Shown one piece after another: positions 24,393 through 36,199 of a DNA stretch of 64,000 nucleotides; the first letter of the stretch is position 1, and the number at the start of each line of letters is the position of its first letter. The position numbers and the translations under genes are program-made. The stretch covers positions 1-64,000 of the forward strand of contig NIVC01002219.1 in NCBI GenBank assembly GCA_002269645.1. Reading direction: 5' to 3'. This stretch comes from Macrostomum lignano. Its lineage: Eukaryota. Below the pieces are notes generated by a model, which was given only the letters and a program-made list of their open reading frames with translations, ran no database searches and had not been told where the DNA came from.

Positions 24393-24803
24393 TCAGTTTT
24401 CCTTATCAAGCTTGAGAAAAGCACTGAAAGTTTTAGAAATTTCAGAACGAATTGGTTCGGAACGACTTGACCGATTAGTAGTTCGGTTCGCCTTCGTCGC
24501 AGCAGTTGCAGCAGTCTCTTCCGTAGTCAAAGCTGACACGCTGTCGAATACGACCTTAAAAAATAATGACTGAGCGGCAGTGGCCAGATAGCAAGTGCCG
24601 TCTCGCTTGAACACGGCGGTGCAGTTGGGTCGCACTGCGCACTCCACCGAGCAGACGCGAGGGTCTCGAGGTCCATTGACCTGCGACGGGTCGATCACGT
24701 TTCCGGGGCAACCGGAGACGACGCGGAGTGCAATGGTGATGTCGGACACTACGGACAACAGGCTGAGCAGGCAGAAGACAGGAATTACAAGCTGCATTTT
24801 CAC
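24393..24803 (-). CDS. PAN-family gene 3: signal peptide + truncated-type PAN exon running unspliced into a T/A-rich tail (136 aa); may extend into the TDTT minisatellite through a 1-nt frameshift
   Basis: MKMQLVIPVFCLLSLLSVV...VCSVECAVRPNCTAVFKRDGTCYLATAAQ, followed by unrelated sequence. Confidence 0.6.
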   Translation of the reverse strand: MKMQLVIPVFCLLSLLSVVSDITIALRVVSGCPGNVIDPSQVNGPRDPRVCSVECAVRPNCTAVFKRDGTCYLATAAQSLFFKVVFDSVSALTTEETAATAATKANRTTNRSSRSEPIRSEISKTFSAFLKLDKEN

Positions 24804-25111
24804 CGCAGCCAGATGCAGCGTGAAAGTTGGATCTCTGATCCAATATTTAAATGTGCATCTTGATGCCTAACTAATTGAAAAGCAAAAAGCAGCACTCCTT
24901 AATTCAATTGACTTAATTTTTGACTTAATTGTTTCTCAGTTTTTTTATTCCATTTGGCCTGCCGTGGGGATGAAATTCCTGATCCGGTGCGCGCAGGTTT
25001 GCCTTCTGTTAATGACGTGCGTTTGCATAACAATATTATGTTGACTGCGGACTGTGGCTAGCTTTCAGAACCGCTTCTCATGTTTGTTTTGCCATTAGTG
25101 TAAAATTGACA

Positions 25112-26148
<1,037 letters not shown>

Positions 26149-27003
26149 TAGTTTGGGATTCAGTTGACATTCACCGTTGGTATTGCACTCGTGCACTTTT
26201 CTTCAAAGCATCCCTACTTTCTTGACTTGTGCTTCACAGCAACCCTTACAGCACAATGCGGACTTAATGCAGGAGGAAGTTTGCAAAAAAGTTTTCCAAC
26301 TAATATTGGCTTCGCTTGGAGGCAACTGCAGGAAGTGCTGGTATTTGCTGGTATTGTGATATTTTGACAGTTTCCTGTCAGGGCATCCGCCATGTCACAG
26401 TAAATGAAAGCAACCGCCAGTGTGCGTGCAGCCCTTGCTTCCTTTGTTTTTTTCTCCAGCCGAAACTTTATTTTTCTCTTGACGCACGCGAGATGCGTTG
26501 GCAAGTCAAAAATCAGCACCCTAGCTTAAAGCCTGTACGAGTTATTCACCTGCAAACTGTGTTCCTATCTCCGTAGTGTATATTTGCAAAGAAAGATAGA
26601 AACAAACTTTTTAGCCGTTGCTATTTAGCCTCTCAATTATTTTCAGCCGTAGGTTTTTTGAAAATTATATATGTTCTTAAAGCAGAACAGCGTTCCACTC
26701 GTATCATAGCGCCTTATAGCGATTCCCCTTTGAATAATGGGATCTAATAATGGGCTAAATGGGGACTTAAAGCCTAATGTTTGCATCTGTACTTACGGAT
26801 ACAAATGCTGGGAGCTGCAGTTCACTGGGGAAGGGGCAGGGAAGCTACATCCTCTAAGCCAATGAGAGGATTGGCTGGCCAACCAACTTGCAACGAGAAT
26901 AATACTACACCTGTACATAATCCTCAGAGCTTAAAATTTTCTCAAAGTTCACCTGAGCAGACGGTGCTAGCAAGGCTTTACCTGCTATTTTAATAATCAA
27001 TAA

Positions 27004-27321
27004 ATGGCAAAAATTAGCAGCAATAGATTGAATTTTGTGGTGTCTGTCACCTGCTGCAGCCTTCTCATCGCTCTGTTGATTATGCCGACTGTTCTGAGCA
27101 ACCCCGTTCGCTACAACAGCCTGTCTGGCTGCCCCATCGAAGCAGCTCAGCTCGCCAAGATTACCGGGGTGACAAGCGATCGCACCTGTACAGTTGAGTG
27201 CGCACTGCGGCCGAACTGCTCTGCCGTGTTCCTGCGGGCCGGTTCGTGCTACATGGCTAGTCAGGAACAATACCGGAGCAGCGGCTTGTGGAATTCTACG
27301 GCTGGTAACTGCACTACACAG
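27004..27321 (+). CDS. PAN-family gene 4, exon 1 (divergent paralog): signal peptide + PAN; exon 2 is probably the degenerate PASTTA array at 28453-29230
   Basis: ...LLIALLIMPTVLS NPVRYNSLSGCP...RTCTVECALRPNCSAVFLRAGSCYMAS...NCTTQ|GTGAAG, a phase-0 donor. Confidence 0.7.
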
Positions 27322-27650
27322 GTGAAGATTTAAACTAGGATTAAAAAAAAAATTCGAACGAACTGCGCACGGTACTCGGGTGTTAATTACGAATTAGTGT
27401 CGTTTATCTTTGTTATACCTTACGAACTGAGTACTGTCTTGGCGTTGAAGCCAAAATTAAGACATGTATTGGCCAGAAATTTTGCTTACAAAGCTGCGAG
27501 ACAAAAAATATCGCTATTTCTTTTCTTTGTATTTTTGTAAGCATATCGTGATAAGAAAGTTAAATACATTTAACAATATCCTTGTTTGTTATTGTGTTGC
27601 ATTAACTTTAATGGGGTTTTTCCTTTGTACAATCAAAAGGACGCTGAGAA

Positions 27651-27912
27651 ACTATTGACTAGGTGTGAGTCACTCGTTGCTAAAAATAGATCTGTGTACA
27701 TTCTAGCTATTATTGATTAGCTGAGTCACCAGTTACTAAAAATAGATCTATGTACATTCTAGCTATTATTGACTAGCTGTGATTCACCATTTGCTAAAAA
27801 AGATCTGTGTACATTCTAGCTATAATTGATTAGCTGAGTCACCAGTTACTAAAAATAGATCTATGTACATTCTAGCTATTATTGATTAGCTGTGAGTCAC
27901 CAGTTGCTAAGA
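27651..27912. repeat. ~57-bp tandem repeat, about 4.5 copies, with alternating variants
   Basis: CTATTATTGAYTAGCTG(TG)AGTCACCAGTTRCTAAAAATAGATCTRTGTACATTCTAG repeated. Confidence 0.9.
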
Positions 27913-28452
27913 ATAGTCAAAACGACTTACGCTGTCTTTTCCACATTTACTAGACTCTAACTAAAACGCAACGATCCTTATCACAGCAACCGGTTCTGTT
28001 AATTGTTTTCGGTTAAAAGACAACTGCTGTAGATTAGCTAGCTTGACGAAAGCGAAAATAATTTTTCTAGCTTTACTAGAAATTGCAGATGCGAAAAAAC
28101 CAATATCTATCTAAGCAGTAGGCAATATTATAAATAACGCGTTGACGTCTCACCGACTCCGCTAGTCTGCATGCAGGCCACAATTCAGCTGCTCGCATCA
28201 GTGCAGATTCCATTCGCAATAGAATTAAGAAAAATATAAAAAATTGCGAAACACACGCTTTTTGACTTTTTATGTGCGTCTAAGTGCCATGAACAAGCGT
28301 TTTCAGGAAAAAAGGCACGTGTCAATGGTTGCATGCGTTCTGGGAAATGAAAGCACTGGATTTTGCCCTGGCTAAGAGTGCCTAATCTGGTAAATGAGAA
28401 GATAGGGATCCTAAACAATCTCAGATCAAAATAGCGCTTGAGCTTTCTTCAG

Positions 28453-29230
28453 AAACGCCACTGCTCTATAGCCTCAACCACTGCTCCAGCCTCAACCACT
28501 GCTCCAGCCTCAACCACTGCTCAGTGGTTCTCTCAACCACTGCTTGAGGTCTCAACCACTGCTCCAGCCTCAACCACTGCTCCAGCCTGAACCACTGATC
28601 CAGCCTCAACCACTGCTCCAGCCTGAACCACTGATCCAGCCTCAACCACTGCTCCAGCCTGAACCACTGATCCAGCCTCAACCACTGCTCCAGCCTAAAC
28701 CACTGATCCAGTCTGAACCACTGATCCAGCCTCAACCACAACTCCAGCCTCAACCACTGCTCCAGCCTCAACCACCACCACTGCTCCAGCCTCAACCACT
28801 GCTCCAGCCTGAACCACTGATCCAGCCTCAACCACTGCTCCAGCCTGAACCACTGATCCAGCCTCAACCACTGCTCCAGCCTGAACCACTGATCCAGCCT
28901 CAACCACTGCTCCAGCCTAAACCACTGATCCAGTCTGAACCACTGATCCAGCCTCAACCACAACTCCAGCCTCAACCACTGCTCCAGCCTCAACCACCAC
29001 CACTGCTCCAGCCTCAACCACTGCTCCAGCCTCAACCACTGCTCCAGTCTCAGCCACTGCTCCAGCCTCAACCACTGCTTGAGGTCTCAGCCACTGCTCC
29101 AGCCTCAACCACTGCTCCAGCCTCAACCACTGCTCCAGCCTCAACCACTGCTCCAGCCTCAACCACTGCTCCAGCCTCAACCACTGCTCCAGCCTCAACC
29201 ACAATATTATACCAATTTATTAATTGGTAA
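28453..29230 (+). pseudogene. Degenerate mucin-like (PASTTA)n 18-bp array with TCA>TGA stop-bearing units and a ~225-bp internal duplication
   Basis: Same GCCTCAACCACTGCTCCA unit as the intact linkers, but many units read GCC TGA ACC; a candidate acceptor TTCTTCAG ends at 28452. Confidence 0.6.
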
Positions 29231-29610
29231 GTGAACCAGATAGCAAAACTCTCAAAACTTTCTGCTGTTTAGTAATGCTACTGGGATTTTACTATAACTA
29301 GTAGTACCATGTGGACATTGGCTGGGAAGTTTTTAGCGCTAAATTCCCAATATTTTACTTTCTCAACTGTCCAATTGCTAGAGCAACTACTTATTTCAGA
29401 TGCACTCCCCAGTTTATCACGCTATTTTTTCACATGCTACTGGCCAGAGAGACCACCAGAAGACAAAGAAAAGTTCCAGTGAGTTTCAGCTGTTCCCTAT
29501 CTTTTCTGTTTTCTCGCGTGGGTTTTCTATGAGAAATCCGTTTCAAATGTTTGCATAAACTGGAAACATCTTCACCATCTGAAAACTGGAAAAATGATGT
29601 TTAAATAGTT

Positions 29611-30260
<650 letters not shown>

Positions 30261-30618
30261 TGCTCTATCATTCGCGAAGAAGGATTTTTTCTGATAACTG
30301 ACGCCCTCCGACAGTGTTATAAGAAACATCGCCTAAAACAGTGTAGCTGTTGTGTTTACACCGTAAATGCTTCCTCTCAGTGGACATGATGAAGCTTTTA
30401 GCATCTAAAGAGCTTTCCATTGCCCCGACTTGATTGTGAATAAACCAGATGAGGAAATAACTTGGGGAGAGCGAATCCCATTAGTCCCATACTCGTAAAA
30501 GCAGAACCTAACACAGAAACAGTATTTACCGTGTACTAAATTCCGCAGCTGCTACTGTTTAGGACATCTGCACGAATAAAATCAGGATTACTCAGATACA
30601 CTGATCACAGTCCTTACA

Positions 30619-31594
30619 ATGAATTTGTCTTTGGGTGTCTCCTACCTGCTCAGCCTGCTGTCCGTCGCGTCTGGAGTCTGCGTCCGCTTCCGCGTCGTCT
30701 CCGGTTGCCCCGGAAACGTGACCGACCTGTCGCAGGTCAGCGGAGTCCGAGACCCTCGCGCCTGCTCTGTGGAGTGTGCAGTGCGACCCAACTGCACCGC
30801 CGTGTTCAAGCGAGACGGCACTTGCTATCTGGCCACTGCCGCCCAGTATGAAGCGCTGTGGAGACCCCTGGACTGCAGCAGCGAGGTCAGTTGGCTTTTC
30901 CACCTTTGCTGTTGGACCAGTTTTGTGTAATTTCATCAGGCCAAACATCAGTCAGGCATAACTGTGAACTGCGCTATTTTATGTCCGGATTTTTTAGGTC
31001 GTTGACGATCGGCTTCCTTTCACCTCTGCCGAGGGAACAACAAAAGGTTTGGAGCTTGCCAACACTTTGCCCGTAGCCTCAACCACTGCTCCAGCCTCAA
31101 CCACTGCTCCAACCTCAACCACTGCTCCAGCCTCAACCACTGCTCCAGCCTCAACCACTGCTCCAGCCTCAACCATTGCTACAGCCTCAACCACTGCTCC
31201 TGACTCAACCACTGCTCCTGACTCAACCACTGCTCCTGACTCAACCACTGCTCCAGCCTCAACCACTGCTTCAGCCTCAACCACCACCACTGCTCCAGTC
31301 TCAACCACCACCACTGCTCCAGCCTCAACCACAGCTTCAAAACCGGAAGTCAAAATTGATGGCGGAACTCTAGCTGCAACAGCGGTTGAAAATGCCGACG
31401 ATAAGACAGCTTCCGAAGTTTCGACACCGACTGAATCGAGTACTGTGTTCATTGCCTACAAAGAAGCAACAACAAAACCTGCTGAAGTCGCCAAGCCAAC
31501 AACTGCCGTTCGGGAAGCTGCTATTCGAAGAACAACGACGAAAAGTGATGAGAAGGGAATTTTGGAGAAAGTTGGAGATTTCTTGCTTGGATAG
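30619..31594 (+). CDS. PAN-family gene 5: signal peptide + PAN + (PASTTA)n mucin + amphipathic tail; exons 30619-30885 and 30998-31594 (287 aa)
   Basis: Phase-0 GT-AG intron of 112 bp; both exons are multiples of 3; ends KGILEKVGDFLLG*. Confidence 0.85.
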
Positions 31595-33008
31595 TGAAAG
31601 GAAAACTACAAATTAACTACGACAGGATTCAAGTGATCAGCAAAAATGAATAATGCCGAACTTGTTTTCGAAATTTTAGTCAAGGAAAAATACCATGCAC
31701 CTTCGATGATAGCATCTGCTGTAGATATGTCTGGTTTCCATATTTTTATTTGCTTTAGTTCTCAAAAGTTTGAAAGAGGTGGGCAATGATGATGTCATGA
31801 ATGCTTCTCTCAATTCAAATAAGAAGCTACTCGAGATTTCAAAATGGCGTCAATAAAAATGGTTGAGTTGAATTCCTTAAGCTGTTTTCTCCTATTCACT
31901 GCATTCCTGTCTCTTTTTTGTTAAAATAGAAGAAAATCGATTTATTCACTGATTGATGGACAGTCAAATGTCACAAGTTTAGTACATTTAAACTCTTCCG
32001 CTTCAGTTGTTGACACACGCTTCAAGCAAAATGCACTGGTACAGCATTTCCCTTGCGCATGAGGTTGATTCCTTTTGTGTATAAAAAAGCCAATGTTTTA
32101 TGAAGTAGCTATTTATGCTACTTTTAAATATTTCTAAACTCTGCAAGTTCAGTCGCCTGTGCATCAGCGCCTAGCGCAAAACTGCAACCTCAATTTCGAT
32201 TGGCACGCACATCACTACAGACTTTTGCTCTGAGATGACCAGACGGACACTTGTCACATCAGGAACTAATGCTTATCCAGCTGTCGTTGGATGCCCTCGA
32301 CGTTTGGTGCCGACTCACGGGTCGCTTGGTGTTTCGAGGCTTTCTAAATCGACCAGGAAGCGTTTTGTCTCTGCGAAGACTTGATTCTACATGTAATTGC
32401 ATGCTACAAGTATGGAAACAATGATAAAAATTACAGTCTTGGTGTAGGGTCGTGTTTGCCTGTTTGATATTTTACAGTTTTACCTATAAAATTCCAAAAA
32501 TAGATCTGTCTTTGAAGGACTATGACCAGTATTACTCTGGTTTTTGTTCCGTGGTCAACGTCTGCAGGAAATTATCTGCAGAATATCCATAAACTAAAAC
32601 ATGATACCAGCCAACACGAGATTGACTAAAGCAATATTAAAGACACAGTCAATAGTTTCTACTCTTCAGTAGACGATTTCTAGTCATTTTGCCTGAAAAG
32701 TTTAATATACTTAAATTGAATTTACACTACATATATGTCGTGCCGTGAATTTGGCATAAAGAAACTCAAGGTTTATTTTAACTAGCAAGTAGCTTATTAA
32801 ATAATGACACGAGCAAGGGCCGAGAGAACACCGAAATAAAGTCACGTGATGATAAATAACTACGTACAAGTACATGGCGGCTTAGGGGATGGCCAGTCAG
32901 AGCGAAGGGAGAGGAAAGAATGGTGTGCACGTACGATGCACGTACATAGCATAAGCTAGTTAGTTAGCCAGTGCCTAGAGCTCAGCGCTCCGGCACCACA
33001 TCCCGTCA

Positions 33009-34949
33009 TCACCAACGAGCTGTCAAGCGGTCAGGAGGAACGCCCTTGTTGCCGCGCTGGCTCCTCCTGAGCCCCGTATCAGCCGTATCGAGCTCACCGG
33101 CTTGAGGATGCTCAACAGTCGCTGACTCTCCCGAATCGTTGGTCGGCGCCTCCGATACGTTGAGCTCCGGACGGCCTCCTTCGGCCTCCGACCCGGCCGC
33201 GGCCAGCAGTGGGCGAAGCTGGTCCCTGTGCGCCAGGACGGGCCGGTCCGACTCGGTCCGGGTGACGATCGCCGTGTTGTGCCCGGCCTGCACGACGAAC
33301 TCAGCAAGCTCGGGCTGTGCGCTTTGACGAGCTTGGTAAACGACCGGGGCGTCCGTCTCGAAGGTCAGCGTCAACGGGCTTCTCAGCTGCCGACCCATCA
33401 GCGCTGAGGGGCTGCCTCGGCCGTCACTACGTGGAGTCGCTCGGTAGTTTAGCAGGAGCTTGGCCAGGTATGCGTCAAATGGTCCTTGATGAGCTGCAAA
33501 CGCCTTGAGTCCTCGCTTGACAGTCTGCACCATCCGCTCGGCGCAGCCATTGGACTGCGGGTGGTACGGCGGCGTGAAGAGCTGATTGCAGCCGATCCGC
33601 TCCAGCCAGCCTTGAAGCTCCTGATCGTGGAACTCTGGTGCGTTGTCGGACACCAGAGTGTGCGGCACGCCTTGCCTCGCGAAGATGGCCCGTAGAACTC
33701 GAATCACCGTCCTCGCGCTCTTGTCTGCCACGTGCACGGCTTCCGGCCAGCCAGAGAAAGCATCAACCAGCACCAGAATCAGGCCGACTCCCGACACGTG
33801 AGCATGGTCCATGTGCACCCGCTTCCAAGGCGTCTCCTCGGTAGGCCACGTGTGCACCGTGCGATTGGGCAGTGGTCGGATCCTCGTACATGTCGCGCAC
33901 TGCTTCACAAACCGCTCAACATCATCGCAGTGCCCCGGCCACCATGCTTCGCGTTTGAGTCGATTTCGCGTCGCCAGCGCTCCGCTGTGGGTCACTCCGT
34001 GAGCCGCTTGCAGCATTTTACTGCGGACCGCGGCAGGCGGGTCCAGCAGGTCTCCGCAGCATACGACGCCGTCTTCGATCGTCAACTGATGACGGACAGC
34101 CTTGAACGGACGCTCTGCAGCCGAGCAGTTGGACCAGACATTCTTCTGGATCCGGCGCTTGATGCTCTTGAGCACTGGGTCGATGTCTGTTCCCTGGCGG
34201 ATTTCCTCAAGCCTCAACAGGTCAGTCTCGGTCCAGTGGATGAAGCCACCATCGCCACTAGAATCGCCGTCATCGTTGCTCTCGAATGGCAACCGGGACA
34301 TGGCATCCACGTGAGGGATGCTGTTGCCCTTGACGTAGGCGATGTCGAAGTCGAACGCGGCAAGCTGAATGGCCCACCGCATGATCCGCGCCGAAGTCAC
34401 CTTGGGAAGCTCCCGACTGGGTCCGAAGATGAATTCCAGTGGCTGGTGGTCGCACTGAAGCAGGAATTTCTTGCCCAATAGAAAGTGCTTTGCTCGCTGA
34501 GTTGCCCAGACGACCGCCAGAGCCTCCCGCTCGATGTTGGAATAGTTGCGCTCGGCGGGTGAGAGGCGCCTTGACAGGTACAGCACCGGGTGGCCGTCTT
34601 GGCTGAGGATTCCCGATACTGCGGACTCGCTGGCATCTGTCGTCAGGGTGGTCAGCTTCCTGGGATCGAATATGCGGATAACCGGGTACACCGCCAAGGC
34701 TCGCTTGAGGTCTTCGAAAGCTTTTTGCTGCTCCAGGCCCCACACAAAGCTGGACTTCTGACTCCTCAAAGCAGTCAAGGGCTCAATCTTCTCCGAGTAG
34801 GCCTGGATGTAGCGCGCATAATAGTTGGTGAGCCCCAGAAACGACTCCAGCTCCTTCCTCGTCGTGGGCGGCTTGACCTTCTGGATCTTCTCCACCAGCT
34901 TCTTGTCTGGCCGAACTCCATCCGCTGAGATGCGATACCCCAGGAAGCA
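33009..34949 (-). CDS. pol: 5'-truncated pol: RT thumb, RNase H and integrase, open frame
   Basis: FLGYRISADGVRPD, TTDASESAVSGIL, YSNIEREALAV, CDHQPL, zinc finger AHGVTHSG...CATC, WKRVHMDH, LVDAFSGWPE, VSDNAPEF, PQSNGCAERMV. Confidence 0.9.
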   Translation of the reverse strand, partial: CFLGYRISADGVRPDKKLVEKIQKVKPPTTRKELESFLGLTNYYARYIQAYSEKIEPLTALRSQKSSFVWGLEQQKAFEDLKRALAVYPVIRIFDPRKLTTLTTDASESAVSGILSQDGHPVLYLSRRLSPAERNYSNIEREALAVVWATQRAKHFLLGKKFLLQCDHQPLEFIFGPSRELPKVTSARIMRWAIQLAAFDFDIAYVKGNSIPHVDAMSRLPFESNDDGDSSGDGGFIHWTETDLLRLEEIRQGTDIDPVLKSIKRRIQKNVWSNCSAAERPFKAVRHQLTIEDGVVCCGDLLDPPAAVRSKMLQAAHGVTHSGALATRNRLKREAWWPGHCDDVERFVKQCATCTRIRPLPNRTVHTWPTEETPWKRVHMDHAHVSGVGLILVLVDAFSGWPEAVHVADKSARTVIRVLRAIFARQGVPHTLVSDNAPEFHDQELQGWLERIGCNQLFTPPYHPQSNGCAERMVQTVKRGLKAFAAHQGPFDAYLAKLLLNYRATPRSDGRGSPSALMGRQLRSPLTLTFETDAPVVYQARQSAQPELAEFVVQAGHNTAIVTRTESDRPVLAHRDQLRPLLAAAGSEAEGGRPELNVSEAPTNDSGESATVEHPQAGELDTADTGLRRSQRGNKGVPPDRLTARW

Positions 34950-34952
34950 TCA

Positions 34953-35004
34953 GGAAATCCAATGGGGTTTCCCCGCGCAGGTTCGAATCCTGCTTGCGAC
35001 GCCA
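34953..35004 (+). other. 3' half of mature tRNA-Ser (position 34 to CCA) forming an extended primer-binding site
   Basis: GGAAATCCAAT GGGGTTTCCCC GC GCAGG TTCGAAT CCTGC TTGCGAC G CCA: anticodon 3' side, long variable-arm hairpin, T-arm, G73 discriminator and CCA, 1 nt from the 5' LTR. Confidence 0.9.
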
Positions 35005-36199
35005 TTGTCGTGCCGTGAATTTGGCATAAAGAAACTCAAGGTTTATTTTAACTAGCAAGTAGCTTATTAAATAATGACACGAGCAAGGGCCGAGAGAACA
35101 CCGAAATAAAGTCACGTGATGATAAATAACTACGTACAAGTACATGGCGGCTTAGGGGATGGCCAGTCAGAGCGAAGGGAGAGGAAAGAATGGTGTGCAC
35201 GTACGATGCACGTACATAGCATAAGCTAGTTAGTTAGCCAGTGCCTAGAGCTCAGCGCTCCGGCACCACACACTACATATACAAATCTAGCCCACGAAAT
35301 GGACAAATATATTTCTACATGGATAAGAAAGAAAAAAATTACGAGAATTCTCATTCACAAACGCTCTCATACGAGTTAGAAAGTCAGCTGGGTCGTTGAT
35401 TCTAGCCAATACACTACTGGACAAATCAAATTAAAGGGAGGCTACACTGCATTCAAACCGCTTTTCGCTGTATTTTCTCTGACCACTTTTTAGCACTAGA
35501 TTGATATTTCAACTTCGACATGACTCAACTAAACATAGAACAAATATTTCATTGTATTAAATCGAGAGCAGTTTTCAGACGAAATTCTGAAATAAAGACA
35601 GAATTTGAGAATTTGAAGTGGTCCGAGCTACAAGCGGGCCAATACTGTGCCTTGGGGATTGGTCCTGATTGATTTGAAACGCACGACAAACCCCCGCCCG
35701 GCCAAGTTTCGTGCGCAGTTGCTCTGATTTGCTTCCTTTTTAGGAAATTTCCCTGCAGTAGTTTGCATAGTTCACATAACTTCACATAAAAACATTAGCT
35801 TGATAAAAATGTGAATCGATCTACTGATTCGACAGCCGGCCTAACTATCAGATTTAAAAAAAATTAACCACGCAATACTTTGCCTTCCCAATTACTAATA
35901 TTCCATCTCTACCAGAAGTACCAATGCGTGGCATCGTTTGAGCCCGTTTACCATCCTGCCATAAAAATATCAAGAAAAGCAGGCATTAAGAACTGCCGAT
36001 TAAATACAAGAAATTGATTCAAATAGAACATACAAGAGATTTTGGTACTCTAACGGAAAGTCCGCAAACCTTAGCCAATCGTAGAACTTTTGCTCGGTAA
36101 AACGCCAATCAAAAAGCTAATATAAAACTGAGGTTTTCCGCTTAAAGCATAATCTCCGCCTCCATTCATACCGAAAGTTCAATCCTTACATCTCAGAAG

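Larger units (their letters stand above)
32736..35270 (-). mobile_element. Young, internally deleted Ty3/Gypsy LTR retrotransposon with two identical 265-bp LTRs (32736-33000 and 35006-35270)
   Basis: LTRs read TGTGG...CGACA on the minus strand and showed no difference on inspection. PPT-like GATGACGGGA lies next to the 3' LTR. gag, protease and the N-terminal part of RT are absent. Flanked by a CACTACATATA duplication. Confidence 0.95.

Noticed and set aside
28580-28930. Programmed TGA read-through or selenocysteine in the gene 4 linker
   Set aside because: No SECIS was recognised; the units also contain a TAA variant and frameshifting 19-bp units, and all other genes use TGA as a stop.
34953-35004. 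Functional tRNA-Ser gene
   Set aside because: The 5' half (acceptor 5' strand, D-arm, A-box) is absent and CCA is encoded; it is an extended PBS.
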